Positions 24,720 to 37,648 of a stretch of 64,000 bases of DNA are shown here, piece by piece. Positions within the stretch are counted from its first letter, which is position 1, and each line of letters opens with the position of its first letter. The stretch is taken from the NCBI RefSeq assembly GCF_963921235.1, contig NC_086097.1, positions 2,356,001 through 2,420,000 on the forward strand, in the 5' to 3' direction. The notes beneath the pieces are model-generated. The model made no database searches, was not told the DNA's origin, and was given only the letters and a program-made list of their open reading frames with translations. Source of the stretch: Mobula hypostoma. Lineage: Eukaryota. The translations under genes and the position numbers were made by a program.

Positions 24720-25192
24720 AGAATCTGAGTTAGTATCACTGGAATATGTTGTGAAATTTGTTTTGTGGCAGCAGTACAATGTAATAATATAATAATAAAC
24801 TATAAATTACAATAAAAATACATGAAAAATTAAATTAAATTAACAGAGCCTGAGCAGCAAATAAAAAGAAATCTGGAGGTTGTGTTCTTGGGTTCATTGT
24901 CCATTCAGAAATCTGATGGTGGAGGGGAAGAAGCTGTTCCTAAAATGTTGAGAAGTCATGTCCTGGGTGATGAGGTCCTAAATGATGGATTCCATCATTT
25001 GGAAGCATTGCCTTTTGAAGATGCCCTGGACGCTGGGGAGGCTGGTACCCATGATGGAGCTGGCTGAGTTTGCAACGCTCTGCGGCTTTTTCTGACCCTG
25101 TGCATTGCCCTACCACCCCCCCCCACCCCCCAGACCAGACAATGATGCAATCAGTTCCAATGCTCTCCACAGTACATCTGTAGAAATGAGTA
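24720..25192 (-). mobile_element. Rex1/Babar 3' fragment
   Basis: FYRCTVESI..CIIVW; UTR homologous to 6880-7080. Confidence 0.75.
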
Positions 25193-25629
25193 CTCACAGG
25201 TATCCACTTCCATCCTGCTCACCGGCAATCACATCTCTGATTAGAACAAGCTGTCTGAGATTACTCTCAGCACAGAACCGATCCTGGTGAATCATGATTC
25301 TCAAAACAGCGTCACTCAACTGCAGGAAACTTTGAACAGAATTCTGTAATCCACATTAAAAAGTAGAAAGTGTCACTTTAGTCCTTTTCACCTGTAGTTG
25401 AGGGTGATGGTTCCTTCCTCAATAATTCCAACATGCCAATAGTTAGGGCATGGAGCCAGACCTGCTGACAGCAAACTGCTACTTTCACGGTAAGTTCCCT
25501 CAAAGGAATAGACAAAACTTTGTCAAATTGTCTAGGCTACATGGACAGACACAGGAATGAAAGGCAATAAGGGACAAAGAGCAAAATTCACCTCCCAGCA
25601 GTTCCACAGGCTGCACTCCTGTCCGTGAG

Positions 25630-25995
25630 ATACTTTATACTTTACTGTCGCCAAACAATTGATACTAGAATGTACAATCATCACAGTGAAATTTGATTCT
25701 GCGCTTCCTGCTCCCTGGAGTACAAATTGATAGTAAATATTAAAAATTTTAATTATAAATCATAAATAGAAAATAGAAAAATGGGAGTTAAAGTAGTGCA
25801 AAAAAACCGAGAGGCAGGTCCGGATATTTGGAGGGTACGGCCCAGATCTGGGTCAGGATCCGTTCAGCAGTCTTATCACAGTTGGAAAGAAGCTGTTCCC
25901 AAATCTGGCCGTACGAGTCTTCAAGCTCCTGAGTCTTCTCCCGGAGGGAAGAGGGACGAAAAGTATGTTGGCTGGGTGGGTCGTGTCCTGAATAT
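25630..25995 (-). mobile_element. Rex1/Babar 3' end (distinct, CpG-retaining subfamily)
   Basis: (ATAAAGT)n tail. Minus strand reads IQDTTHPANILFVPLPSGRRLRSLKTRTARFGNSFFPTVIRLLN. Confidence 0.8.
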
Positions 25996-26244
25996 CCTGT
26001 CTAAGACTAACTAAACAACTAACTATTAACTAAACTACTAACTAAACAAGACACTATTCAACTTCCATTCCTTCAGAATGGAGATTGTTCCATTACATTT
26101 AATGACAGAAGCTTTAATAACATGTAAAAGAAACACAAGATAGGGAACATAATAGCTGATCCACACAAAACATTCAACTACACCCAAAACCAATAAGTTG
26201 CCTGAAATCAGAATCTTTCCGACAGCAGTCAGTGAAATCTGGAT

Positions 26245-27820
26245 AAAGAACACAGAACAGTACAGCACGGGGACAGGTCCTTCAGCGCACAGTGTTGTGT
26301 CAAACCAGATAAGTAATGAAATGGCCAACTAAACTAATCCCTTCTGCCTACACAACGTCCCTATCCCTCCATTTTCCTCACATTCCTAAACCATCCCTTA
26401 AAAGTCCCTGACGTATCTGCCTCTACCAGGCAGCACGTTCTGGGCACCCACCACTCTCTATATAAAAAAAACTTGCTCCTCACATCTCGTTTAAAATTTC
26501 CCCTCTCAGTTTAAATGCATGCCCTCCGGCATTAAACATTTCAACCCTGGGAAAAAAAGATAGTCTGTCTACTCTATCTGTGCCTCTCAATCTTATAAAT
26601 CTCTATCAGATCCCCTCTCAGCCTCTACCACTCCAGAGAAAGCAACCCAAGACACCACTTTCAAGGAAATCCAGACCGGTATTGCCAGATCCCTTTGTTC
26701 TACTGCATTCCTGAATGCCCCGATCATTTACTGCGCAAGACCTACTCTGGTTGCTCCTCCCATAGTGGAACACCTCACACTCGTCTGCATTAAACTCCAC
26801 CTGCCATTTTTCAGACATTTTTCCAGCTGGTCCAGATTCTGCAGCAAGCTTTGATCGTCTTCCTCTCTGTCCACTACACCTTCAATCTTGGTATCATCCC
26901 TAAATTTGATGATGTAGTTAACATTATCATCCAGATCACTGATATAGATGACAAACAACAGCAGACCCAGCACCAATCCCTGCACCACTCTACTTGTCAC
27001 AGGCCTCCAGTCAGCAAGGCAACCACTCCCTGGTTTCTCCCACAAAACCAATGTCTAATCCAATGTACTACCTCAGCCTAAATGCCAAGTGACTGAAGCT
27101 TCTCGACCGATCTTCCATGCAGGACCTTGTCAAATGCCTTGCTGAATTCCATGTAGACAACATTCACTAATTTGCATCAACTTTCCTGGTAACTTCCTCA
27201 AAAAACTCTGAAGATTAGTTGGACATCACCGACCACACACAAAGCCATGTGGACCATCTCTAATCAATCCCCGTCTATCAAAGTACTCATATCTGGTCTC
27301 TGAGAATGCCTCACAATAACTTTCACACCACTGACGCCAGACTCACCAGCCTATAATTTCCTGGTTTACTTTTAGGTCCTTTCTTAAACAGCAGAACAAC
27401 ATCGGCTATCCTGTAGTCCTCCAGTACTGTGCCTCACCTGTCAGTAAGGATGGTTTAAATATCTCTGCCAGGGCCCCTGCAACTTCCGCACTTGCCGCCT
27501 ACAAGGTCCAAGGAAACATTTTGTCAGGCCCTGGGACTCTGTCCACCCCAATTTGCCTCAAAACAGCAAACACCTCCTCCTCTGTAATCTGTATAGTCCA
27601 TGACCTTGCTGCGGTTTTGCCTCACTTCTTTAGATTCTGTGTCCATCTCCCAGCTCAATACAAATGCAAAAAATCCACTTAAGATCTCCCCCAAGTCAAT
27701 TGGCTCCACACATAGACGACCATTCTGATCTTCCAGAGGACCAGTTTTGTCCCTTGCTATCCTTTTGCTCTTAATGTATTTGTAGAATCCCTTAGGATTC
27801 TCACTGACCATGTCTGCACG
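26245..27820 (-). mobile_element. Decayed CR1 ORF2
   Basis: [53 protein letters not shown]. Confidence 0.85.
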
Positions 27821-29989
27821 ACCTAACCTGGGCCCAACATATCAATGTAGCCATAAAGAAGGCAAGGCAGTGGCTGTATTTCATTTTGGAGTTTGAGATT
27901 TGGCATGTCACCAAAAGCACTCACAATTTTCTACAGATATACTGTGGAGAGCATTCCAAATGGCTGTATCACCACCATCTGATATGGGGGTGGGGGAGAG
28001 GAGGGTGGAACAATTTTTTCATTCTCTGTTAAAATTGTATACTGAAAATGACATTATACAATCATATATCTTGTCTTGATGGAGATGAATCATTGCCTAG
28101 TATTCTATAAATGTTACCATCGACTTTTAGCCCACGCCTAAATTTTGTCGCATGATCCAACAGAATTAATTGACTGTGCTTCCTTACAGACTGATAGGCT
28201 GCACGCAGAACATGCTGGAGGAACTCAGCGTTTTCTCTTGTTGGAGACTGACTGGCTGACAAGCTTGAAAAGATTTCTGAGCAGTCCATGTGTATGACCT
28301 CATCGTTCCTTTCAGCTTCCGAAGAGTCAGGGTCATAGAAAAGCACAGCACAGAAATGGGCCCTTTGGTCCAACTAGTCATTGCCAATTTTTGAACAATT
28401 TACTTTTGCAAATCACTGCTCCACTGCTGCCCCAAAAGAACAAATTTCATGCCATACTCTAACTCAGAGGTAATAAACCAGATTTGATACAGCAGCAGGC
28501 TACATCACAGGACCGAGCCTGTTCTGCATTCACTTTCACATCTGCTCTGACCGTTGGCCTCAAATTCATTTTCTAATCTGATCCCATCAGGTACAATTTC
28601 CATTTTCCAAAACTTTCTTTCCGTCTTGAACATATTTGACAACTCAACTCCACAGCTACCCAAGTTAGAGAATTTGAAAGATTCAATCCTCAGGGAAAAT
28701 AACACTATCCAAAATAAGATTACCTTACTACAGATGAACCCGTGCTAGCTGCACAGATTTACACGTCAGGGAAAGCAGGTACCAATGACAGGAATGGGAT
28801 GCCAAAACCGCCTGAAGTGCATATCCAAAATCACTCAAAGAACAAAGACCTCTATCTCACACTCTTTCACCTCTCATCCTCTTAGCAATGCTGCAAGATT
28901 TACTGACAAACCCAATAAGTTTTGGATCATTTAGATTCAGATTTATTTTATGTACACTGAAATACACAGTAAACTAAATCCATTTTGTGCGTTAGCAAGG
29001 ATGTACCTCAAGCCCACAGGTGTCAACACGTAGTCCGGCACCAACAAGTGCTGCTCACCACGCAGAGTTTACAACAAGTACTGAGCTAGCCATCCAATTT
29101 AGCTCAATTTGATACAGCTTTAAGAATTGAAATATGGACAATTAGACTGGACTGACTTGCATCGTATCTGCTTCATGCTCCCACTCAAAAACAGAATACA
29201 ATTTGCGATAGCAAAGGGAAGGAGGAACGTGGGAGGAAAGCAATTACATTGATTATTCAGACAGTTTTCATTTTGACTTGGTCTGCAACCTAATTTATCT
29301 TAAAAGGTGATCATTCTGATACTACTAATCTCATGGAGCAAAGGATGAGATAACTAGCTGTTAAGTCAATGCAAGGCTTATTTTTACATTCTGTTGTGAA
29401 GTTATACTATAAAATCTGTAGGCTTTGTACTAAATAGCCACTGACACAAGTCTCACTGAATTTCACAGAACCAATATCTTTCTGCAACAGCACGATCACT
29501 ACCTTCAATCTTTTACCCACATGCAACCAATTGCACCTTCAGTCAGTTAATGGTGAGCACAAAATTATTTGAGTGTTATTTATAAAAAAAAACACAAGGC
29601 TCACCAACGTCCGTCCAAGATGCAAATTTGGCATCATTACCAAGAAGTGCCTTCAAACTTCACAGTGCAGTTGACACTTCAAAAATGTTTAAAAAACGTA
29701 CAAAGTAAATTTATTATCGAACTACATAAATGTCAGCATATACTAACTATGCCGAGATTCACTGTCTTGTGGGCATTCACAGTAAACAGAGAGAAACAAC
29801 AGAATTAATGAAGGACCACAGGCAATAAGACGAACACACAAATAGCTAGTGACTACTTGGCACATGAAATGCAGAATCCTTGAAAGTGAGTCCATAGGTT
29901 GTGGAACCAGTTCAGTGATGGGGTGAGTGAAGTTATCCCTTCACTCCCAATCTACACCACCTATCTTGGAGTGGGGGAGGCGCGGAGGG

Positions 29990-30243
29990 GCCACAAAGCA
30001 AATGTCTAATCCAATTTATTACCTCATCCTGAATGCTGAACAACTGAACCTTCTTAGCCAGCCTCCCATGTGAGACCATGGCAAATGCCTTACCGAAGTC
30101 CATGTAGACAACATCCACTGCCTTCCCTTCATCCATTTTCCTGTTAACCTCCTCAAAAAACTCTACAAAATTGGTTAGACACAATCTACCATGCACAAAA
30201 TCATGATGAGGATCACTAATCAGTCCCTGTCTATCCAAATACT
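29990..30243 (-). mobile_element. CR1 RT fragment
   Basis: LCLTNFVEFFEEV..AVDVVYMDFGKAF. Confidence 0.85.
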
Positions 30244-30245
30244 TA

Positions 30246-30305
30246 CACTGCCAATAAAAAGTATTCAACCCCACCCCCCAGAAGTTTTCATGTTTTATTG
30301 TTTTA
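30246..30305 (+). mobile_element. Orphan Tc1-type terminal inverted repeat fragment
   Basis: TA|CACTGCCAATAAAAAGTATTCAACCCC..GAAGTTTTCATGTTTTATTG resembles Tc1 termini (CAGTG..AAAAGTATTCA.CCCC). Confidence 0.6.
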
Positions 30306-30324
30306 AAAAAAGTACGTGAAGAGC

Positions 30325-31278
30325 AAGAAGATAAGACATGAGAGGATAGGACCAAGCAAGTGTGACAGTGTGTATGGAACCGGAGGAGATAGCAGAGGTA
30401 CTTAATGAATACCTTGCTTCTGTATTCACTATGGAAAAGGATCTTGGCAATTGTAGGGATTACTTACAATGGATTGAAAAGCTTGAGCATATAGACATTA
30501 AGAAAGAGGATGTGCTAGAGCTTTTGGAAGGCATCAAGTTGGATAAGTCACCGGGACCGGACGAGATGTACCCCAGGCTACTGTGGGAGGTGAGGGAGGA
30601 GATTGCTGAGCCTCTGGCAATGATCTTTGCGTCTTCAATGGGGACAGGGGAGGTTCCGGAGGATTGCAGGCTTACAGATGTTGTTCCCTTATTCAAGAAA
30701 GGAAGTAGAGATAGCCCAGGAAATTATAGACCAGTGAGCTTTACTTCATTGGTTGGTAAGCTGATGGAAAAGATCCTGACAGGCAGGATTTATGAACATT
30801 TGGAGAGGTATAATATGATTAGGAATAGTCAGCATGGCTTTGTTAAAGCCAGCTCGTGCCTTACGAGCCTGAATGAATTTTTTGAGGGTATGACTAAACA
30901 CATTGATGAAGGTACAGCAGTAGATGTAGTGTATATAGATTTCAGCAAGGCATTTGATAAGGTAGCCCATGCAAGGCTTATTGAGAAAGTAAGGAGACAT
31001 GTGATCCAAGGGGACATTGCTTTATGGATCCAGAACTGGCTTGCACACAGAGGCAAAGAGTGGTTGTGGACGGGTCATATTCTGCATGGAGGTCGGTGAC
31101 CAGTGGTGTGCTTCAGGGATCTGTTCTGGGACCCCTACTCTGTGATTTTTATAAATGACCTGGATGAGGAAGTGAGGGAATGTGCTAGTAAATTTGCTGA
31201 TGACACAAAGGTTTGGGGTGTTGTGGATAGTGTGGAGGGCTGTCAGAGGATACGACAGGACATTGATAGGATGCAAGA
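30325..31278 (+). mobile_element. CR1 ORF2 RT fragment
   Basis: ORF 30362..31099 with KSPGPD, PLFKKG, NYRPVSFTS, QHGF and YIDFSKAFD; FADD in ORF 31103..31318. Confidence 0.92.
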
Positions 31279-31904
31279 GGATGTGAGAGAGAGTGCAAGA
31301 GCACGCACACGCGCGTGAGAGAAAGAGAATGAAACACAATTCTGACACTAAAGTTGCTTAGTGACTTGGACCACAAGACATTGGAGCAGAGTTAGGCCAT
31401 TCAGCCCATCGAATCTGTTCTGTCATTCCATCATGGCTGATCCCAGAGCCCACTCAACCCCATACACCTGCCTTCTCACCATATCCTTTGATGTCCCGAC
31501 CAATCAGGAAACTATCAACTTCCACTTTAAATATAACCACAGAGTTAGCCTCCACAGCTGTCAGTGGCAGAACATTCCACAGATTTACTGCCCTCTGGCT
31601 TGAAACAAATTCATCCTTACCCCGTTCTAAAAGCTAGCCCCTCAATTTGGAGGCTGTGCCCTCTCATTCTGGACTCCCCCACTATAGGAAACATCCTCTC
31701 CACATCCACCCCATCTCGTCCTTTCAACATTCAGTAGTCTTCAGTGAAATCCCTCAAGCATTCTTCTAAATTCCTGAAAGCTCTCAAAGGCTTACATGTT
31801 AACCCCTTCATTCCCAGAATCATGCAAGTGAACCTCCTTTGGTCTCTCTCCAATGACAACATGTCCTTTGAGATATGGGGCCTAAAACTGTCAACACTTC
31901 TCCA

Positions 31905-32013
31905 AGGAACTCAGCAGGCCAGGCAGCATTGTCGACTGATGCCTGGCCTGCTGCCTTCCTCCAGCATCTTGTGTGCGTTGCTTGTATTTCCAGCATCTAC
32001 AGATTTTCTCGTT
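31905..32013. mobile_element. Collapsed pLTR fold-back element
   Basis: GGAACTCAGCAGGCCAGGCA..GTCGACTG..TGCCTGGCCTGCTG..TTCC palindrome inserted in a CR1. Confidence 0.7.
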
Positions 32014-32298
32014 TATAACTATACTGCAAGTGCAGCCTAACTGGTATCTTCCAAAGACTCAGCATTATCTCCTTCCTTTTATATTCTATACCCTTTAAAA
32101 TAAATGCCAACATTGCATTTGCCTTCTTTACCACAGACTCAACCTGTAAATAACCTTCTGGGAGTCTTGCATGAGGACTCCTATGTCCCTCTGCACCTCT
32201 GATGTTTGAACCTTCTCCCCATTTAGATAATAGTCCGCACTATTGTTCCTTTTACTAAAATGCAATATCATACATTTCCCAACACTATATTCCATGTC

Positions 32299-32838
32299 AA
32301 AGAGAAAATCTACAGATCAGGTACCATCTATGGAAAAGAGTACAGTCGATGTTTTGGTCTGAGACCCTTCAGCAGGACTGAGAAAAGAAGACGGAGTCAG
32401 AGTAAAGGATGGGGGGGAGGGAGAAACACGAGGTGATAAGTGAAACCGGGAGCAGTTAGGAGGGGGGGGGAAGAGGGGTGAAGTAAAGAACAGGGAATTT
32501 GATTGGAGAAAGAGATATAGGGCTGGATAAGGGAGAATCTGATAGGACAGGACAGAAGGCCATTGAAGAAGGGGAAGGGGGTGGATGACCAAGAAAGTGA
32601 AGAGAGGTGTTAGAAATGGACCAGGTAAATTTGAGGCAGGGCGGATATTGGAGGTAAAGTTAATGAAGTCAACTAGCTCGGCATGGGTGTAGGAAGCAGC
32701 ACCAATGCAGTCGACGATATAGTGTAGGAAAAGTAGGGGAGTACCCCAGTGTAGGCTTGGAACACAGAATGTTCCATATAGCCAACAAACAGGCAGGCCT
32801 AGCTGCGACCCATGTGAGTGCCCATGGCTACACCTTTT
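32299..32838 (-). mobile_element. Penelope-like element fragment (RT piece joined to 3' UTR and pLTR with hammerhead motif)
   Basis: Minus strand KGVAMGTHMGRS*ACLFVGYME..FLHYIVDCIGAAS (PLE RT, YIDD decayed). CAGTC-CTGCTGA..AAAC-ATC-GACTG at 32343-32380. Confidence 0.85.
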
Positions 32839-32879
32839 TTGCCATCTACTTTTTTTGCCCCTTCTTCCTATTTGTCTAA

Positions 32880-33883
32880 GGCTACGTCCACACTAGACCG
32901 AATAATTTTGAAAACACTGGTTTCGAGTAAAAACGACAGGTGTCCACACTAGGCGTTTTTCAAAATATCTCTGTCCACATTAAAACAGATATTTGGGTGA
33001 ATCTATTCCTGCTAGGCATGTGCAGACACATCTACAGAAAACAAGCGAAGAGGAAACGGTGTAGTATTTACGTTTCCGCGGTGGCGTGTTATTTCCATTG
33101 GTCAAAAACTAGAGTACCAACAACAACAGCGAAAGAAAGTTTTCAACAATGTCTTCGAGGAATACAAGAAAACCTCTGCTGAAAAAAGCAGACCGGACTT
33201 CTTCGTTTAGAAAGACAATGAAGTCGAGCTGTTTCTGCGAGTTACACATGACTACAAAGTCAGCAGAGGAGTGGAGAACGTGGAGATGTTTAACTCCAAA
33301 CAAGCTATTAACATAGACAACAAAGTAAATAACACACGCATGAAGCTGTCCTCTACCCAAGATCAACAAGAGAGTGGAATCTTCTGCCGCCAGACCTGCG
33401 CAGTATTTCTGACATTAATATTTTTAAAGACTCAATCAAATCAATTTAGGGGATCTAATCAAAAAAGCTCACTTTACAATTCAACTTTCAAGCCATTCAC
33501 ACCGACTGCGCGTTATAGTTACACTCTATTCTTGGTTGGTGCAGCTGTAATGAAACCAAATTTCCCTCAGGATTAATAAAGTAAATCTAGCTATCTAGCT
33601 ATCTATCTATAACAGCCGTCCGGCAGTGCTTGCGCAGTACCAAACAGAAGCAGAAAAAGCATTGTTGTTGTGGTGTTGTCATGACAGCGTTTTTAAATAT
33701 CTCCATTTACCCCATCCACACTACAACGTGCAACAATCGTTTTCAAATTTACACATTCTGGAGAGCGTTTTAGAAAAGCTCCGTTTTCGGGGGATGAAAA
33801 CGCCGTTTCAATGTAGACGGAGGGTCAAAATGAAGAGAAAAAGCTTCATTTTCAAAATTATCTGACGTAGTGTGGATGTAGCC
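32880..33883 (+). mobile_element. Non-autonomous PIF/Harbinger element (1004 bp)
   Basis: TIRs GGCTACGTCCACACTA / TAGTGTGGATGTAGCC, extended by ATAATTTTGAAAA. 3-bp TSD TAA/(C)AA restores the host CR1. Myb/SANT-like remnant inside. Confidence 0.88.
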
Positions 33884-35419
33884 CAAGTCCTGCTGCAATC
33901 GTAATGCTTCCTCAGCACTATCTACCCCTCCACCCATCTTCATATCATCCACAAATCTTGCCACAAACCCATCAATTCCATTATCCAAATCATTGACAAA
34001 CAATGGGGAAAGCAGAAGTCCCAAAACTGACCCTGAGGAACACCATTAGCCCTTGAATATTGAAGTCCCCCATTACAATTGTGTCATTACCATTACATGC
34101 CTTTTCCAGCTCCCTTTGCAATCTCAACCCCACATCTTGGCTACTATTTGGAGGCCTATATATGATTCCTATAACTTTTTTACCCTTGCAGTTTCATAAC
34201 TCCACCCACAAAGATTCGACATTCTCTGACCCTATGTCACTGCTTTCTAAAGATGTAATTCCATCTCTTACCAACAGAGCCACACCACTGTCTCTGCCTT
34301 CCTGCCTGTCCTTTCAATACAAAGTACATCCTTTGATGTTAAGCTCCCAACAATGACCTCCTTTCAGTCACAACTCGGTGAAGCCCAGGTCATACCAACC
34401 AATCTCTAATTTGGCCACAAGTTTGTCCACCTTATTCCGAATGCTGTGCACATTTAAATACAGTACCTGCAGTCCTTCATTCTTCACCCTTTTGAATTTT
34501 GCCTCTGTGGTACAATTTAACTCTTCGCTGTGTCTGCATTTGTATCCAATCACTGGCTTCTCCTTCCTTACATTCATGTTACACGCATCATCTACTCAAC
34601 CTGCTGACTCATCCTCAGCTCCATCATACTGGTTTTCATCTCCTTGCCAGGTTGTCCAAGTGACTTATCCACCTCAAGACCTTTCAGTTTGCCTCACATT
34701 CTTCCCTGTGCGATAGCAATGGCACCCACTACTGCTCGCTGACCCTCACGGACCTCTGGCACACTGCCAATGTCTTTCACAGTGAAGACAGATGTAAAGT
34801 ACCCACCAAGTTTACCTGCCATTTCTTCTTCCCCCATTACTACCTCACCAGCATCTTTTTCCAGTGGTCCAGTATCAGTTCACACCTCCCTTTTACTCTT
34901 TATATAACTGGAAAAAACTGTTTATTATTAACTAGTTTGCACTCATATTTCATCTTTTCCCTTCTTCTGGCTTTTTAGTTGTCTTTTGTTGGATTTTAGA
35001 AGCTTCCCAGTCATCCAACTTCCCACTCACTTTTGCTGCCTTATATGACTTGCATATAAAACTGCACATTCCCCTGTGGTCAAAGAAGAAAGAGCTAGCT
35101 TGGCCAGGTGGAAACTGTCTAACCGAGATCATTAACATGATTTTCAACATCCAGCCAATTTTCACACTTCACTACAATTGTTAACAAAACTCCCCCTGGT
35201 TAAAACATGTCACAATATAACAATCTTATGTCTTCAATTAAACAGATTATATTTTAACCAGATAATAGACAGAGTCTATTCTTGTGTGAAAAACTAAAAA
35301 AATACAATCCAATTTAGAAAAAGGACACGGTGTTTAAGCTAAATTAAACCTTTAACCCAGTATAAATGTGCTATAAAAAAGGGGGTTCTTTCCATGAAAT
35401 ATTAAGCAAGGGGTCTAGC

Positions 35420-35489
35420 CAAGGGGTTCCCAACTTTGTTATGCCATGGACCAATAGCATCAAGCAAGGGGTCAGGTTGGGAACCCCTG
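35420..35489. mobile_element. Tiny hAT/Charlie-type MITE
   Basis: AGGGGTTCCCAAC...GTTGGGAACCCCTG inverted termini; left flank TCTAG resembles the Charlie target preference. Confidence 0.65.
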
Positions 35490-35841
35490 TTCTGGAGGAT
35501 CTAAGATAATGAAGACTCAGCTATCAGGACAGGTCTGACTGTAACCCTGCTCTTCAGTAAGGATCGAGGTTGAGAACGGCAGTCAGGTGCTGCAGATCTC
35601 CCCATTGTGTTTTCCATTTTAATTTACCATTTTTCAATCAAGTTTCAGGTCTTCAAACACCAAAGGCCACAAATATTTAAATGTTGAAAGGCAGAACCCA
35701 AAGGCAATTGAAAGAACAGCCCGACAATTTTACGAGAAGCAGGAACACTGACTGGACAATTGTTCGAGACTTCAAAATCCTGATGAAAGTACAGTCAGGA
35801 AACAGGAAATTAGCTTATCTCAATGTAATGAGTTATTTAAA

Positions 35842-36440
35842 TCCAAAGTTCAAAGTGAATTTATTATCAAAATACATATACAAACCCGAGATTCATTTTC
35901 TTGCAGGCATTCACAGTGAATACAAAGAAACACAATAGAATCAATGAAAGATAAGTTGGACAAGCAATCAGTGTGCAAAAGACAACAAACTGTGCAAATA
36001 CAAAAAGAAAAACACAAAAATCAGAATAGATAAATAAACAAATATTGAGAACATGAGATGAAGAGTCCTTGAAATTGAGTCCATATGCTGTGGGAGCAGT
36101 TCATTGGTGGGGTGAACAAAGTTATCCCCTCTGGTGCAAGAGCCTGATGGTTGAGGAGCAAAAACTCCCCAGAACCTGGTGATGCGAGTCCTGAGGCTCC
36201 TGAACCTCCTTCCTGATGGCAGCGGCAAGAGGAGAACGTGGTCTGGATAGTAGGGGTTCCTGATGATGGATACTGCTCTCCTGGGACAGCGCTCCGTGCA
36301 GATGTGCTCAATGATGTGGAGGGCTTCACCTGTGATGGACTGGGAGAAACTCATACTTTGTGTAGGTTTTTTCTGTACAAAGGGCATTGGTGTTTTCATA
36401 CCCCATGCTGTGATGTAGCCACCACACATCTACAGATTTT
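35842..36440 (-). mobile_element. Rex1/Babar 3' fragment
   Basis: ORF 35968..36429 SIIRNPYYPDHVLLLPLPSGRRFRSLRTRITRF. Confidence 0.82.
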
Positions 36441-37171
36441 TCTGCACCGTACCCAGTCCAGCAGGGTAGAAAGTGTGAAATGAAGACTCGTGCTACAAAC
36501 TCTTCTTGTCCAATGTACTCAGAAACCTCAGCTTTGCAAAACTGTACTTTATAGAGAGTGCATAAAAATGGAGTCCTTTCCCACTCTGCTTAGTATTGGG
36601 AAATTATGCCAGTGATATTAAACCTGAGCATTGGCTCTCACACACAGACACTGATACACACGTATGCGCACACACACACGCACGTAAACACAAACTCACT
36701 CGCATGTGCTATTAAAAAGTGGATGCTGCAGCTTCAGCTGGAGAGAGTGATTAGTGGCAGATGCCAGTGGAATTTTTCACCCTTCTATTCTATGCAAGGC
36801 ATGTTGTCACATTTGTTAATGACCAAATTGAGTTATCCCAGGGGCATCTGATTGCCAACGTGAACTTAATTCATTGTGAAGTAAAAGAAATAAGTTATTA
36901 GCAATTTGCAAACTATACTGCACCTTAACTATAAAGGCGTGTACCTCAAAATTCAAGAGAAACTTAAAAAAAAGTTCTTCTCATCTGTAACAACCAAGAG
37001 ATTGTGAGCAGGTTGCTTGGTGTCACTCAGGAATTCTGACATAGCACAAGTCACACACTTTCCATGAGTTCGGTATTTGACGAATGTAGGATGGTACAAT
37101 TCCTGGGTAGTTCTCCCTTTGCTCTGTGACACAGACGAATGAATACTGTGTCACAACCAAGGTCTTATGTA

Positions 37172-37472
37172 AAGGGGTGATAAAACAGTGTCGAGGTATG
37201 CAGAAATGAGTTCGGTGGGGGAGGAGCAAGCTGAGACAATAGGTCGGCCAGGACAGGCAGGTTTGTGGATCTTGGGTAGGAGGTAGAAACGGGAAGTGCG
37301 GGGTGTGGGAACTATAAGGTTGGTAGCAGTGGATGGGAGATCCCCTGAGCGGATAAAGTCGGTGATGGTGTGGGAGACAATGGCCTGGTGCTCCTTAGTG
37401 GGGTCACGACCGAGGGGTAAATAAGAGGAGGTATCCGCGAGTTGTCGCTGTGCTTCGGCAAGGTAGAGGTCA
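37172..37472 (-). mobile_element. Penelope-like element RT N-terminal fragment
   Basis: YLAEAQRQLADTSSY..DPT..FYLLPKIHKPACPGRPIVSAC..TELISAYLD, typical of PLE RT; no stops. Confidence 0.92.
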
Positions 37473-37648
37473 AATCTGCAGATGCTGGAAATCCGAGTAA
37501 CACACACAAAATGCTGGAGGAACTCAGCAGGCCAGGCAGCATCTATGGAAAAGAGTACAGTCGATGTTTAGGGCCGAAACGTTGACTGTACTCTTTTCCT
37601 AGATGCTGTCTGGCCTGCTGAGTTCCTCCAGCATTTTGTGTGTGTTGC
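37473..37648. mobile_element. Penelope inverted pLTR fold-back with hammerhead cores deleted at the fusion point
   Basis: ~70-bp near-perfect arms around GTTTAGGGCCGAAAC. Confidence 0.85.

Larger units (their letters stand above)
31370..35050 (-). mobile_element. Old CR1 (3' end, RT, endonuclease N-terminus), rearranged and hosting three insertions
   Basis: 3' UTR at 31370; FVDDMK in ORF 33770..34024; endonuclease start GLQVLYLNVHSIRNK in ORF 34368..34577. Confidence 0.8.

Noticed and set aside
28733..28777. 45-nt plus-strand micro-exon (DEPVLAAQIYTSGKA)
   Set aside because: Weak polypyrimidine tract and donor; expected by chance.
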